Below, in pieces: positions 38,016 through 47,905 of a DNA stretch of 64,000 nt. The position numbers and the translations under genes are program-made. Origin of the DNA: an uncultured Candidatus Saccharibacteria bacterium. GTDB taxonomy: Bacteria > Patescibacteriota > Minisyncoccia > Phycocordibacterales > GWA1-40-21. Under the pieces are notes generated by a model. The model searched no databases and had not been told where the DNA came from. It worked only from the letters and a program-made list of their open reading frames with translations. Numbering within the stretch: the stretch's first letter is position 1; each line of letters starts with the position of its first letter. The stretch is from contig CAZMNX010000001.1 in NCBI GenBank assembly GCA_964567825.1, positions 34,775-98,774 on the forward strand. Direction: 5' to 3'.

Positions 38016-38768
38016 TTACTTCCCCAAATACGCCTCGATGACTTCGGGCTTAGACAGGACACTCACGGGCTCACCCTCGGCCAATAGTTTGCCGCTATCT
38101 AAAACGATCACATGGTCGGACAGGTCGCGAATGAGGTCCATATTATGCTCGATCAGCACCACAGTTTTGCCCTGAGTCCGCAATTCCTTTAAAAGACCAG
38201 AAACGATTTGAATCATCTCGGGAAACAGCCCAGCAAAAGGCTCGTCAAAAAAGATCGTATGCAAACCATCATCTTCTCCCAAATCCATCGCCAACACTCG
38301 CCCGATTTCTAATAATTTCCTCTGCCCGTAAGATAGATTGTGAGCGAGTTCATTTCTTTTTTCCCACAAATTCACTTTTTTCAAAACTTGCTCGGCAATA
38401 TCCAGATGAAATTTTTTATGCTTTTCAAAAAGAGATCCGAAGACGCCCCTCGAAGTAATCACAATCAAAATATTGTCCAAAACCGGCATTTGTTCGAACA
38501 AACGCACGTCTTGAAAGGTCCTGGTAATGCCAAAACTGGGTATATCAAAGGCTTTGATTTTTTTCAAAACGGTATGCTCGCCCACTTTCACCAAACCACT
38601 ATCATACGGAGTAAAACCGGTCAGCAAATTCACCAAGGTTGATTTCCCCGACCCATTTGGCCCAATCACGCCGGTGATTTTTCCTTCGGGAAAAGAAATA
38701 GATAGACCGTCCACTGCCTTCACTCCCCCAAAGTGCTTCTTGATATTTTCTGTTTTCACAATCGGCAT
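38016..38768 (-). CDS. livG: branched-chain amino acid-type ABC transporter ATP-binding protein (LivG-like)
   Basis: GPNGSGKST, LSYGQRKLLEIGRVL, IFFDEPFAG; 250 aa. Confidence 0.75.
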   Translation of the reverse strand: MPIVKTENIKKHFGGVKAVDGLSISFPEGKITGVIGPNGSGKSTLVNLLTGFTPYDSGLVKVGEHTVLKKIKAFDIPSFGITRTFQDVRLFEQMPVLDNILIVITSRGVFGSLFEKHKKFHLDIAEQVLKKVNLWEKRNELAHNLSYGQRKLLEIGRVLAMDLGEDDGLHTIFFDEPFAGLFPEMIQIVSGLLKELRTQGKTVVLIEHNMDLIRDLSDHVIVLDSGKLLAEGEPVSVLSKPEVIEAYLGK

Positions 38769-38823
38769 TCATACAGTATAACAAAAAACCATTGACAGCA
38801 AAATCACGTTTGTTATACTTTAA

Positions 38824-39282
38824 CTACTTACGGCCTTCGGGCTCGGAACCACCTTTACAAGAGGTGGTTTCATATTTACGTTCTTTATCATCAATGACGT
38901 CTTTCATCCTGTTTTTTATTTCTAAAAAATTTTCCTCATTAATATAACCGATTTTATCAATCAATCTCTTGCTATCGATTAACTTTATTTGAGAAAGGTT
39001 GACTGTATTCTTGGTCTCAACACTAAAAACATCAAAACTGAAATAGTACTTCCCCAATTTGTGTTGTGAAGTCAAAGAAAGTCCCCAGAAAGTTTCGGCA
39101 TTAAACTTTTTGAATATTAAAACCGGTCTTCTAAATTCATCGCCCTTCCCATCTTGTTCATATCCGACATTCAGACCTAAGTGACACCACCAGACTTCTC
39201 TAGTGCGAAAAAACACATTATCTATGTCTTTCAGATTGATAATCTTTTTCTTCTCATTCCACCGATCAAAATCTTTCCCCAT
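38824..39282 (-). CDS. MazF/PemK-family endoribonuclease toxin-like protein, no adjacent antitoxin ORF
   Basis: VWWCHLGLNVGYEQDGKGDEFRRPVLIF...LSLTSQHK and C-terminal SQIKLIDSKRLIDKIGYI fit the PemK/MazF fold pattern; only 83 nt of non-coding DNA lie upstream. Confidence 0.6.
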   Translation of the reverse strand: MGKDFDRWNEKKKIINLKDIDNVFFRTREVWWCHLGLNVGYEQDGKGDEFRRPVLIFKKFNAETFWGLSLTSQHKLGKYYFSFDVFSVETKNTVNLSQIKLIDSKRLIDKIGYINEENFLEIKNRMKDVIDDKERKYETTSCKGGSEPEGRK

Positions 39283-39365
39283 ATCGCCCGACAGTCTAAC
39301 ACAAGAAAAAAGACAGATTTTAAACTAAAATGTGGATAAATCGAGGGAGTATTTTTTGTGAGGTA

Positions 39366-40517
39366 CTAGTACTTCACCCAGCCATCCTTGGTGTAAGTTT
39401 GAAGATAAGTTTTTCTGTTTGAATTACCCAAATTATCAAATGAAAGCTCCCCAGCCGCACCGTTCATCTTGATCTGACGTAAGTTGTCCGCCACCTCCTT
39501 GGTATTATTTATATCTTTGCTTTTTTCTAGGGCCCATTTTAAAGCATAAACGTCATCATAGGCATAAGTAGCATCGGCAATTAGTAAGTCCACACCATAG
39601 GCTATTTTGTAATTCTTTTGAAACTCAATCGCTTTTATATTATTTGAATCTAAATCATAGTTATTATCTACCACCCTCATCTTTACTAAAGTTTCTTTAA
39701 ATTGCTCATACATAAATGGTAAAACATATACAGTGGAACCCGAATACAATCTCTTGTTATCCAGACCAAAGACTTTCAGTTGTTTGGTTATATTTATAGT
39801 CTCAGACCCTGGAAAACCATAAACCACAATGGCGTCAGGATTAAAAGATTTGATTTTCGCCATTTGAGTCTTAAAATCTAAATCTCCAAAGCTAAACATT
39901 TGATCTAAAAACTGAGAACTAACAGCTTCGGATTTAAGCCCGGCCAGAAAGACCTCGGTATCACCAAAATTTACAGCCATAATCCCCACTTTTTTCATGC
40001 CATCATTATTCAAGGCCTGACCAATAGAACGACCCACTTCCTCCATATCCCAATAATCCCTGAACACGTAGTTACCTGTCCCAACTCGAGAAACGGTGGC
40101 TGTAATATAAAGAACTTTATTCTGTTCCGCCACCGGCGCCGAGGCGAGTGACTGGCTAGAAAAAGCGGTAAAAAGATACCTTACCTCATCTATATTAATT
40201 AACTTTTGTACAGCACTAACAGATTTTGTAACATCGCCCCAATCATCCTCAAAAAGAACTTCCAGTCTCTTTCCATCAACCCCACCATTACCGTTAATTT
40301 CTTTTACGGCTAATTCAATTCCCCTTTTGTATTCAATACCATAAGTAGAAAACTGCCCCGTTAAAGGATAGACAGCTCCGATTTTAATAAAATTATTGTC
40401 GTTTGATTTTGTAACACCAGTCAGGACAGCTAAAATTACTATAACCGTTATCGCCGACCATAAGATGTACCTTGTTTTATTTTTCATCACATGAGTATTG
40501 TGCCACAACATCGCCAT
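39366..40517 (-). CDS. Liv-type ABC substrate-binding protein (module 3)
   Basis: IKIGAVYPLTGQFSTYGIEYKRGIELAVKEINGNGGVDGK. Confidence 0.7.
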   Translation of the reverse strand: MAMLWHNTHVMKNKTRYILWSAITVIVILAVLTGVTKSNDNNFIKIGAVYPLTGQFSTYGIEYKRGIELAVKEINGNGGVDGKRLEVLFEDDWGDVTKSVSAVQKLINIDEVRYLFTAFSSQSLASAPVAEQNKVLYITATVSRVGTGNYVFRDYWDMEEVGRSIGQALNNDGMKKVGIMAVNFGDTEVFLAGLKSEAVSSQFLDQMFSFGDLDFKTQMAKIKSFNPDAIVVYGFPGSETINITKQLKVFGLDNKRLYSGSTVYVLPFMYEQFKETLVKMRVVDNNYDLDSNNIKAIEFQKNYKIAYGVDLLIADATYAYDDVYALKWALEKSKDINNTKEVADNLRQIKMNGAAGELSFDNLGNSNRKTYLQTYTKDGWVKY

Positions 40518-40617
40518 CTAGTCCTTATTTTAGAATAAGCAAACAATACATTTTAATTATAGCTTGTATATAAAGCATATTATGCTATACTAAAGTCGTC
40601 CAAAGTTTGGACTTATT

Positions 40618-41358
40618 ATGAATACGCTAAACAAATTGATCCGGTACGGCCTCAGCAAATTCGAAGCCACCGTATATCTAGACGTCCTTTCCCACCTGGA
40701 TTCATCTGCTTTTGCTATCTATAAAAGAGTTGGGCTACCAAAAACTAGCGTCTATCATATTTTGGAATCGTTAAGAAAACGAGGCCTGGTAGAATCTTGG
40801 AAAAAAAATAACATCCAGCACTTTTCAGCTGGTAGTCCAAAAAGACTTCTATTTGAGCTAAAGGAAAAAGAAGATCTTCTACAATCCCTCGTTCCAGACC
40901 TCACTACTCTTTCCAATCAAGAAAACCAGACCAACTCTGTAAAAATGTACGAGGGAGCGAATAATTTAAAAAAGGTTATGCGGGAGGCATTAGAATATTG
41001 CGCAAAGCATAAAACCAACAGCATGCTAACGGCCGCCACAGATTCCATATCGTCCGATATGCCAAAATTTATGGATGACTGGCTCAAAGAAAGAGAAAAA
41101 ATGAATATCTTTGTAAAAATGCTTATACCTAAAGGCAAAATACCATTAGGCTTTCAGTCAAATAGCCTTCGAGAAACAAAGTTTCTACCAGAAAATTTCT
41201 TCCTACCAGGCATAATAAACATTTATGGCAACCGAGTAGATCTGTTCTCATTCAAGAACAATAAAATAAACTCTGTGGTCATTGATTCCGAAGCCTACAC
41301 CGACCTGTTGCGTAACTTCTTCTTGCTTACTTGGAATAACGCCGAGAAAACAAACTAA
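40618..41358 (+). CDS. TrmB-family transcriptional regulator (module 3)
   Basis: GLSKFEATVYLDVLSHLDSSAFAIYKRVGLPKTSVYHILESLRKRGLV. Confidence 0.65.
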   Translation: MNTLNKLIRYGLSKFEATVYLDVLSHLDSSAFAIYKRVGLPKTSVYHILESLRKRGLVESWKKNNIQHFSAGSPKRLLFELKEKEDLLQSLVPDLTTLSNQENQTNSVKMYEGANNLKKVMREALEYCAKHKTNSMLTAATDSISSDMPKFMDDWLKEREKMNIFVKMLIPKGKIPLGFQSNSLRETKFLPENFFLPGIINIYGNRVDLFSFKNNKINSVVIDSEAYTDLLRNFFLLTWNNAEKTN

Positions 41359-41360
41359 CC

Positions 41361-42392
41361 CTACCTCACACATTTCCCGCCTTCAATCTTAGTCAACACC
41401 AAATCTCGCTCGACGACATTGTTTTTGTTAAAAGTAATGTCGCCATAGACCCCTTCAATTTTGTTTGTTTTGAGATATGACAGAGCCTTTTCGGGATTAT
41501 TATTGGTTGCCTTCATGGCGTAAAGCGCCGTCAAAGTATTTTCGTAGGCTAAACCGTAAAAAGTCGAGTAGCTGGCGCCGAGTTTTGATATAGGATATTC
41601 ATAACTGTAATTACCGTCCAAACTAAATCTCTTATCAGTCAAAACACCAGGAAAAGTACAAGACAGGTAGGTCAGATACGGAACCTTAACTCCCAAGGTC
41701 GACAAATCAGCAAAAACTTGATTAAGAGACGGACCATACCCCACGACAACCAAGACATCTGGTTGAAACTTCTTTATCTTCAAAGCCTCGGTCTTGAAAT
41801 CGGTGGTTGTCTTTTCAAAAGAAAAAGTTGCCACCGCTCGATCCGAGGCAATCGTCTTCTGCCATTCGTTTTTCCAAATGTTTCCAAACTCATCATTGAT
41901 GTTCACGATGGCTACCCTTTTCCAATTCGAATTAGCATTTACCTGCTTACTCACATCATTTAATGACGGCACTAAACCTTGAAACAAATAGGTTTTGTCT
42001 TTAGTCAAACCATAACCAGCCGCATCGGTAATCAAAACGACCTTGGCTTTTTCTGCGAGTGGCGCCACCGCATTGGTCACCCCACTTAAACCAGTCACAG
42101 CAAATTTTACTTGATCTATCTCGAATAGTTTATTAGCTGCCGACACCGCCACCTTAGGATCATTAGCTGAATCCTCTAAAATTAAATCAACTTTTATGCC
42201 AGTTTGCTCTTCAAAATGTCTCACCGCATCTTTTACCCCCTGAGCCGAAAGCTCACCAAAGATCGCTGAAGGGCCAGACAAAGCATACAAAGCACCAATC
42301 TTTAAGGTTCCAGTTTTTGTTCTATTAAAACCGAAATAAACGCCGATTACTAGTAAAGCTACAACGACTAAAGCAATAATTATCTTTTTCAT
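41361..42392 (-). CDS. Liv-type ABC substrate-binding protein (module 4)
   Basis: LKIGALYALSGPSAIFGELSAQGVKDAVRHFEEQTG. Confidence 0.7.
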   Translation of the reverse strand: MKKIIIALVVVALLVIGVYFGFNRTKTGTLKIGALYALSGPSAIFGELSAQGVKDAVRHFEEQTGIKVDLILEDSANDPKVAVSAANKLFEIDQVKFAVTGLSGVTNAVAPLAEKAKVVLITDAAGYGLTKDKTYLFQGLVPSLNDVSKQVNANSNWKRVAIVNINDEFGNIWKNEWQKTIASDRAVATFSFEKTTTDFKTEALKIKKFQPDVLVVVGYGPSLNQVFADLSTLGVKVPYLTYLSCTFPGVLTDKRFSLDGNYSYEYPISKLGASYSTFYGLAYENTLTALYAMKATNNNPEKALSYLKTNKIEGVYGDITFNKNNVVERDLVLTKIEGGKCVR

Positions 42393-42477
42393 ACTTGCAT
42401 ATTATCAAACAAATGGTAACATATATCAATAAGCAGTTTTGTCGGAAAATATCGACATAATTGTGATAATAATCACA

Positions 42478-43221
42478 ATGAATATTCAGGAACTAGAAAA
42501 AATCGGCTTAACAGGCAAGAAAGCGAGAGTTTATTTAGCAGTCCTAGAGGTTGGCCAAGCTACAATTATTCAAATCGCTAGAAAGACCCTGATTAAAAGA
42601 ACGACTCTATATGATCTGGTAGCCGACCTAACAGCCCAAGGCTACTTATCAGAAATTAAAAAAGGTAATAAAAATATTATCATCGCCGAGGATCCTGCGG
42701 TTTTGATTAAAACTTTCGAGAATCGATTGGACGAGGTGAGAGACTTAGCGCCAACTCTATTTAAAATCTTCAACTCCGTCACTTCCCGCCCCCAGATTCG
42801 TTTCTATGAAGGAGTCGAGGGCATAAGGCATATGATGGAAGAGGCTTTGGTAATGAAACAAAAAGAAGTTCACTATTGGGGCCCGGCGGATAATATTATT
42901 GAGATTTTGGGAAATGTTTATATTGATAAATGGTTGAAAAGAAGAGTCCGAGCGGGTATCCAGACTCACGGCCTCCTCACCCAAAATGCCCCACGAGGCT
43001 CAAAACCGTTCCTGAAAACCGATAAAAACGCCTTGCGTGAGGTGCGTTGGCTATCCACCAAAACTATTTTTGATGGCATCCTCTGGCTTTATGATAATAA
43101 AGTGATGTACATCGCTTCGGCTAAGGATTCCTTTGGCTTCATCATCGAAAGTGACAACTTCACCCAATTTATGAAGGTTATTTTCCAAAGTATGTGGGAG
43201 ACAGCGAGGGAGGATAGGTAG
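42478..43221 (+). CDS. TrmB-family transcriptional regulator (module 4)
   Basis: MNIQELEKIGLTGKKARVYLAVLEVGQATIIQIARKTLIKRTTLYDLVADLTAQGYL; the start was moved from 42439 to 42478 by alignment with the paralogs. Confidence 0.65.
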   Translation: MNIQELEKIGLTGKKARVYLAVLEVGQATIIQIARKTLIKRTTLYDLVADLTAQGYLSEIKKGNKNIIIAEDPAVLIKTFENRLDEVRDLAPTLFKIFNSVTSRPQIRFYEGVEGIRHMMEEALVMKQKEVHYWGPADNIIEILGNVYIDKWLKRRVRAGIQTHGLLTQNAPRGSKPFLKTDKNALREVRWLSTKTIFDGILWLYDNKVMYIASAKDSFGFIIESDNFTQFMKVIFQSMWETAREDR

Positions 43222-43223
43222 AA

Positions 43224-43254
43224 CAAAAAACACCCAGGAAGGGGTGTTTTTTGT
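43224..43254. terminator. bidirectional rho-independent terminator (AAAAAACACCC-AGGAA-GGGGTGTTTTTTG)
   Basis: Hairpin flanked by A and T runs, between the convergent regulator-4 and SBP5 genes. Confidence 0.7.
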
Positions 43255-43277
43255 TTACCATAATCAATGTCCCGAGT

Positions 43278-44405
43278 TTAGATTTTTGTAGGGACACCTT
43301 TAACTAGCTTGAAGGCTGATTCAACGATTGGTGCCGCACCGTTATTATCAATAGTCACTAAACCAGTTGAACCTTGATAATTTGAGATTTTAAGGAGACT
43401 AGATTTTACAGCACTCGCAGTAATCTCGCCCTTAATACCCGGCAATACCTTGGTCAACAAAATATTTGTTGCATCGTAGGCTGGGTGTGTGGTCAGAGGA
43501 AGAATTGGACCTCGACCAACTAAAGCCTTAAACTTGGCGTCAAAAGCTGCAGCTTGACCGTTGGTTGCATCAGCATCCCAATAAGCGAAGGTCGTTCCTT
43601 CAGCCTTACCATCTGCCAATTGCTGTGCTATTGGGCTAGTAATAGTACCAGTGGTGTAGAAAGATTGTTTCATTCCTAAATCTCGAGTTTGTTTCATAAT
43701 CAAGCCAGTTTCATCATGACCCAGCAAAACCAAACCCTCAACATTCCCCGTCTTAAGTTTTAATAATTGAGTTCTAAAATCTTTATCTTCATAGTTGAAT
43801 GATTCGATTTGTACTTTACCACCCTTACTTTCAAACTCTTTCTTGAATGAGTTCGCCACAATCGCCATGAAAGTATCTTTGGTTGAATACATAATACCGG
43901 CGCTCTTTTTACCCTCGGCCGCCATCTGATCGGCTAGTGAAATACCAATTGATTCGGTTTCTGTCGCTAAACAAAACACATTTTTGGAAGCATTAGCCAC
44001 CTCCTTATTACAATCCAGCGGATTAATTATTACGACCCCATCCTGAGCCGCCTTATCCATCACCGCGAACAAACCGCCATAACTAGCGACTAAAATAACT
44101 TTTACTTTATCGACGTTCACAAGCTTCTCGTAAGCTGAAACCGTATTCTTGGTTAAGTACTGATCGTCTTCAGAAATTAGCTCGACTTGTCTACCATTTA
44201 CCCCGCCAGCCTTGTTAACATCGGCAACCGCAATTTCCACCGCTTTCACCGCGTCCATACCCAGCACCGCTGATGGACCAGTAAGCGGACCAATGTAACC
44301 AATCTTGATTGGCTCAGTTGTGCCGACAGGTGAAACTCTGCTAAAATACATACTAAGGCCGATAATCACGATTATTAGAACGATAATGCTTAATGTCTTT
44401 TTCAT
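43278..44405 (-). CDS. Liv-type ABC substrate-binding protein (module 5)
   Basis: IKIGYIGPLTGPSAVLGMDAVKAVEIAVADVNKAGGVNG. Confidence 0.7.
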   Translation of the reverse strand: MKKTLSIIVLIIVIIGLSMYFSRVSPVGTTEPIKIGYIGPLTGPSAVLGMDAVKAVEIAVADVNKAGGVNGRQVELISEDDQYLTKNTVSAYEKLVNVDKVKVILVASYGGLFAVMDKAAQDGVVIINPLDCNKEVANASKNVFCLATETESIGISLADQMAAEGKKSAGIMYSTKDTFMAIVANSFKKEFESKGGKVQIESFNYEDKDFRTQLLKLKTGNVEGLVLLGHDETGLIMKQTRDLGMKQSFYTTGTITSPIAQQLADGKAEGTTFAYWDADATNGQAAAFDAKFKALVGRGPILPLTTHPAYDATNILLTKVLPGIKGEITASAVKSSLLKISNYQGSTGLVTIDNNGAAPIVESAFKLVKGVPTKI

Positions 44406-44527
44406 ATAAATTATTTGTTATTAAGATTGATAAACTTGACCGTATATCCATCTTAGCATATAATATATTAATTGTCAACCAAAAAGGGTGACAATAATGA
44501 GTAAAAAGACAAAAAAGGGCTAAAAAT

Positions 44528-45289
44528 ATGAATATTTCCAAAGAAATTCAAAAACTGCTAGACCTCGATTTCACTCCAAATGAGGCTTCCGTCTACTCAA
44601 TCCTGATCCAGAGCGGTTCGACCAAGGCAGGCGTGATAATCAGCAAAACCGGGCTCCATCGTAACCTAGTTTATACCGCTTTGGATCATTTAATTGCCCG
44701 AAAAATCGTCTCGGTTCAGGATTCCAAGAGCGGGCGAGTCTATACCGCTATTTCACCAAACATTTTAATTGAGGAGTATGACCATAAAAAAGAATTGGCC
44801 GAGGAGCTAACAAAAAGTTTTAAACAAAAAAGTTTTATCGGCGATCAAGAAATTTCTGTGCATGAGGGCAATGAAGACTATTTAAAACTTTTGACTAGTG
44901 TGATCAATTCCCTACCCCAAGGCTCAACCAAGCTCGTTTTGGGTACTGGCGGGGCGGATTTTATGCGCCATACCATGTTGTCGATTTGGGACAAATACCA
45001 TGAGGTAGCGAAAAAACAACAGATAAAGATAAAGATGCTCGCTTACGGCGAACAAAGAGGTGCCCTAGAGAAAGTAACGGCCGCCGAAGGAATTTACAAC
45101 ATTAAATACCTGCCAGCTGATACAGAAAACCCCGCTGGTATTCATATTTATCCCGAAATAAATACTGTCTTAAACATTATTTACTCCACTGAATTCCAAC
45201 CAGTTACGGCCATAAAAATCAAAAATAAATCCTTAACCCAGGGTTATCTAAATTTATTCAATAATCTGTGGAAGGAGGGAGAGAAGTAA
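44528..45289 (+). CDS. TrmB-family transcriptional regulator (module 5)
   Basis: LDFTPNEASVYSILIQSGSTKAGVIISKTGLHRNLVYTALDHLIARKIV. Confidence 0.6.
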   Translation: MNISKEIQKLLDLDFTPNEASVYSILIQSGSTKAGVIISKTGLHRNLVYTALDHLIARKIVSVQDSKSGRVYTAISPNILIEEYDHKKELAEELTKSFKQKSFIGDQEISVHEGNEDYLKLLTSVINSLPQGSTKLVLGTGGADFMRHTMLSIWDKYHEVAKKQQIKIKMLAYGEQRGALEKVTAAEGIYNIKYLPADTENPAGIHIYPEINTVLNIIYSTEFQPVTAIKIKNKSLTQGYLNLFNNLWKEGEK

Positions 45290-45335
45290 AATTTGACAGT
45301 AAAATCACACCCGCTATAATGATTGTAATAGACGT

Positions 45336-45369
45336 GAACGGCATCCTAAATGGGTGCCGTTCGTTTTTT
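45336..45369 (+). terminator. rho-independent terminator (GAACGGCA-(11-nt loop)-TGCCGTTC-GTTTTTT)
   Basis: 8-bp stem plus T-run after the regulator-5 stop. Confidence 0.6.
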
Positions 45370-46000
45370 ATAAATCTGTACGTTTTAGGTGCTCTCGGAG
45401 GTAAGTGAAATCCATAAATTTATCCCCGGCAAATCTCCTAATTTCTTTCGCTGTTCTTAGCCCACTAGCTAACACCATAACTTTTTTCTCGTCAACATTA
45501 CGTAAATATTTCAAAACGGGCAAAAAGTCTCCGTCACCAGAAAGTACAAGAACCTGCCCAAACAAACCCCTATCACGCATTAAGTAAAAAGCCATTTCCA
45601 CATCACAATTTGCTTTACGTTTTTTACTACCAGCCTCATCTTCATAAATCTTTACCGGCTTCAAGACAAGTTTGTACTTAAACTCTTCCAGTTTTTTATA
45701 AAAACGGACTTGTTTTAGATGACGTTCGAGAATAGTAAGTTCAACATTAGTAAAACTTTTGCTATTTTTCTCAACATAATCTATAAGGTATTTTTCTAGA
45801 TCCGCCAAAGAAACGGTGTCGTTTGTCAGGTAATCAAAGGAAAACTTGTGAATTTCTACACCTCCAAAATAATAGATTTTGGATACTCCGAACTTACCTC
45901 GGAGATATTTATGAAGTTTTTCAAAATCAATTTTCCAACCCAAACTTTTCTCCCCTCCATAGAATAAATTGGATGCATCAATATAAGCGAATGTTTCCAT
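45368..46000 (-). CDS. NYN-domain (LabA-like, PIN-fold) putative RNase
   Basis: AYIDASNLFYGG ... VLSGDGDFLPVLKYL, characteristic of NYN/LabA domains. Confidence 0.6.
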   Translation of the reverse strand: METFAYIDASNLFYGGEKSLGWKIDFEKLHKYLRGKFGVSKIYYFGGVEIHKFSFDYLTNDTVSLADLEKYLIDYVEKNSKSFTNVELTILERHLKQVRFYKKLEEFKYKLVLKPVKIYEDEAGSKKRKANCDVEMAFYLMRDRGLFGQVLVLSGDGDFLPVLKYLRNVDEKKVMVLASGLRTAKEIRRFAGDKFMDFTYLREHLKRTDL

Positions 46001-46097
46001 ATCGCCAGGCAGTCTAGCACGAGAAAAAAGAGGTCCTGGCGAAGAACTGTGGATAAAAACAACCCTATTTTACAAGGAAGGAGACCTACTACTCGTT

Positions 46098-46964
46098 TTA
46101 CAATTTATACTCCCCAACCAGCCCCTGTGGCCTATATAGCATAAGTAAGACTAAGAGAAGACCGTACACCACTTGGCGCATTTGGGCAGCGACATCGGTG
46201 GGAAAACCAACGAAACGGAGAATTTCGGGGAGAAGAATGAGGAAAATAGCGCCGACGACTGAGCCTTTCAGGCTGGCCATACCGCCGAGGATAATGATAG
46301 CGAGAATAAAGATACTTTCGTTCAAACCAAAAGTGGAGGGGTCAATAAAAGTAATATACGTCGCAAAAAGTCCACCAGCCAAACCGGCCATCCCAGCGGT
46401 AATAATAAAAATAGTTAGTTTAAATAATTTGGTGTTGTAACCAAACACCGATAAGGCTTTCTCGTCTTCTCTAATACCTTTCAAGACTCGGCCAAAAGAG
46501 GATTTGGTGATTCCTAAACTAATTAAATAAACCAGACCCGCACCAACGATCGTTAGAATCAGAAAAGATAAATTACTACTTAATTCAAAGCCAAACAATG
46601 ACGGCCGATTGATACCGGGAATGCCGAGTGGGCCGCGAGTTAAACTTTCCCAATTTAGAAAGATGCTGTAGATAATAATGTTGAAACCAAAAGACACTAA
46701 AGCATAGTAATCATCTTTAAAACGGCTCAAGATCAGGCCAAGGAGGCCCGCAATGAGCCCCGCCAGGATAATCCCCACGAGCAAGGCTAGAAAAAAGTTC
46801 CAGCCATATACCGTCATCAGAATCGCCACAGCATAGGCGCCAATGCCATAAAAAGCGGCGTGAGTGACGGAAAGTAACCCCGTATACCCCACCACCAAAT
46901 TTAGTGAGAGTGCTAGTGGCACATATATTCCGATTAGAATGGCGAGATGAATAAAGTATTCCAT
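46098..46964 (-). CDS. livM: branched-chain amino acid-type ABC transporter permease (LivM-like)
   Basis: VGYTGLLSVTHAAFYGIGAYAVAIL and about 8 TM. Confidence 0.7.
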   Translation of the reverse strand: MEYFIHLAILIGIYVPLALSLNLVVGYTGLLSVTHAAFYGIGAYAVAILMTVYGWNFFLALLVGIILAGLIAGLLGLILSRFKDDYYALVSFGFNIIIYSIFLNWESLTRGPLGIPGINRPSLFGFELSSNLSFLILTIVGAGLVYLISLGITKSSFGRVLKGIREDEKALSVFGYNTKLFKLTIFIITAGMAGLAGGLFATYITFIDPSTFGLNESIFILAIIILGGMASLKGSVVGAIFLILLPEILRFVGFPTDVAAQMRQVVYGLLLVLLMLYRPQGLVGEYKL

Positions 46965-46981
46965 TAGTTTTAGATTATATC

Positions 46982-47728
46982 TTATTTTCTAACTTCAGAC
47001 ACCAGCCACAAGGCACTAAATAAGCCACGCATGGTATTTGAGAACTCTTTACTCTCAACAATAAAACCAAAATTTTCTTGTGGAGTAGAAATAATCGCCA
47101 CTTTATTATCATAAATAAAGATCGTCTCTGTGATGTGTATGCCTTCAGGGGCAATTCTCAATTCTCGCATTATATTAGTTTGGTAGATATCCTCCATTAC
47201 TTCAGTATTTTTCATTCGAATACTCTTGGCAGTAATGTTCTTTTCAACCCTCAGTTTCAACCATTGATCAATATAATCTTTTCCCACAGTGTCGATAACA
47301 TCTTTCCCCGATCCAATATATAAATATTCTCGGCTTTTAACTTTCAAAACATCGTCAAAAATACCCTGAACAGCTTTTTGACCCGAAAAATACCTCATAG
47401 TTGGGCCGTCTGTTTTCTGCCTGAATACTTTCAACAAATCCCCCGACAGTCTTTGGGCAATTACCATCTGAGTCTCAGCTTGTTTTTTCAAAATCTCGGG
47501 AGATTCCGCCTTATATTTAACTTTCTTCGAGCCAGGCACGACCGAAACTAACCCTTTTTCTAATAATTCATCCAGAACGAGATAGCAAGTTGGCCTTTTG
47601 ATTCCTGCTCTACCCGCTAATTCAGAGACAGAGAAAGTGTCCAGTTCTAAGGAGCGGACATAGACGATCGCCTGTCTTTCTGTCAGCCCTAATGATATAA
47701 GTTTATTTTTAGATTCAATAAAATCCAT
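46982..47728 (-). CDS. TrmB-family transcriptional regulator (module 6)
   Basis: GLTERQAIVYVRSLELDTFSVSELAGRAGIKRPTCYLVLDELLEKGLV. Confidence 0.65.
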   Translation of the reverse strand: MDFIESKNKLISLGLTERQAIVYVRSLELDTFSVSELAGRAGIKRPTCYLVLDELLEKGLVSVVPGSKKVKYKAESPEILKKQAETQMVIAQRLSGDLLKVFRQKTDGPTMRYFSGQKAVQGIFDDVLKVKSREYLYIGSGKDVIDTVGKDYIDQWLKLRVEKNITAKSIRMKNTEVMEDIYQTNIMRELRIAPEGIHITETIFIYDNKVAIISTPQENFGFIVESKEFSNTMRGLFSALWLVSEVRK

Positions 47729-47905
47729 ATACCGACCATATTAGCAAAAGCCGAATAATTTGTCAACATCTGTGACAACTTATTGTAAATTAGACAGTAG
47801 CGTTGTTTCTAGCCACATTTTAGTGTTATGTGTCCCAGTTTTTGACACAAACCAAAGAACCTGCTATACTTTAAATAGAAAATTATAAATTATTACATAA
47901 TATAA

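Noticed and set aside
42439-42477. Upstream start for the module-4 TrmB regulator (MSENIDIIVIIITMNIQ)
   Set aside because: All seven paralogs start about 10 aa before the first wHTH helix. The extension would encode an odd hydrophobic peptide and would cover the CRP-like palindrome that more plausibly acts as an operator.
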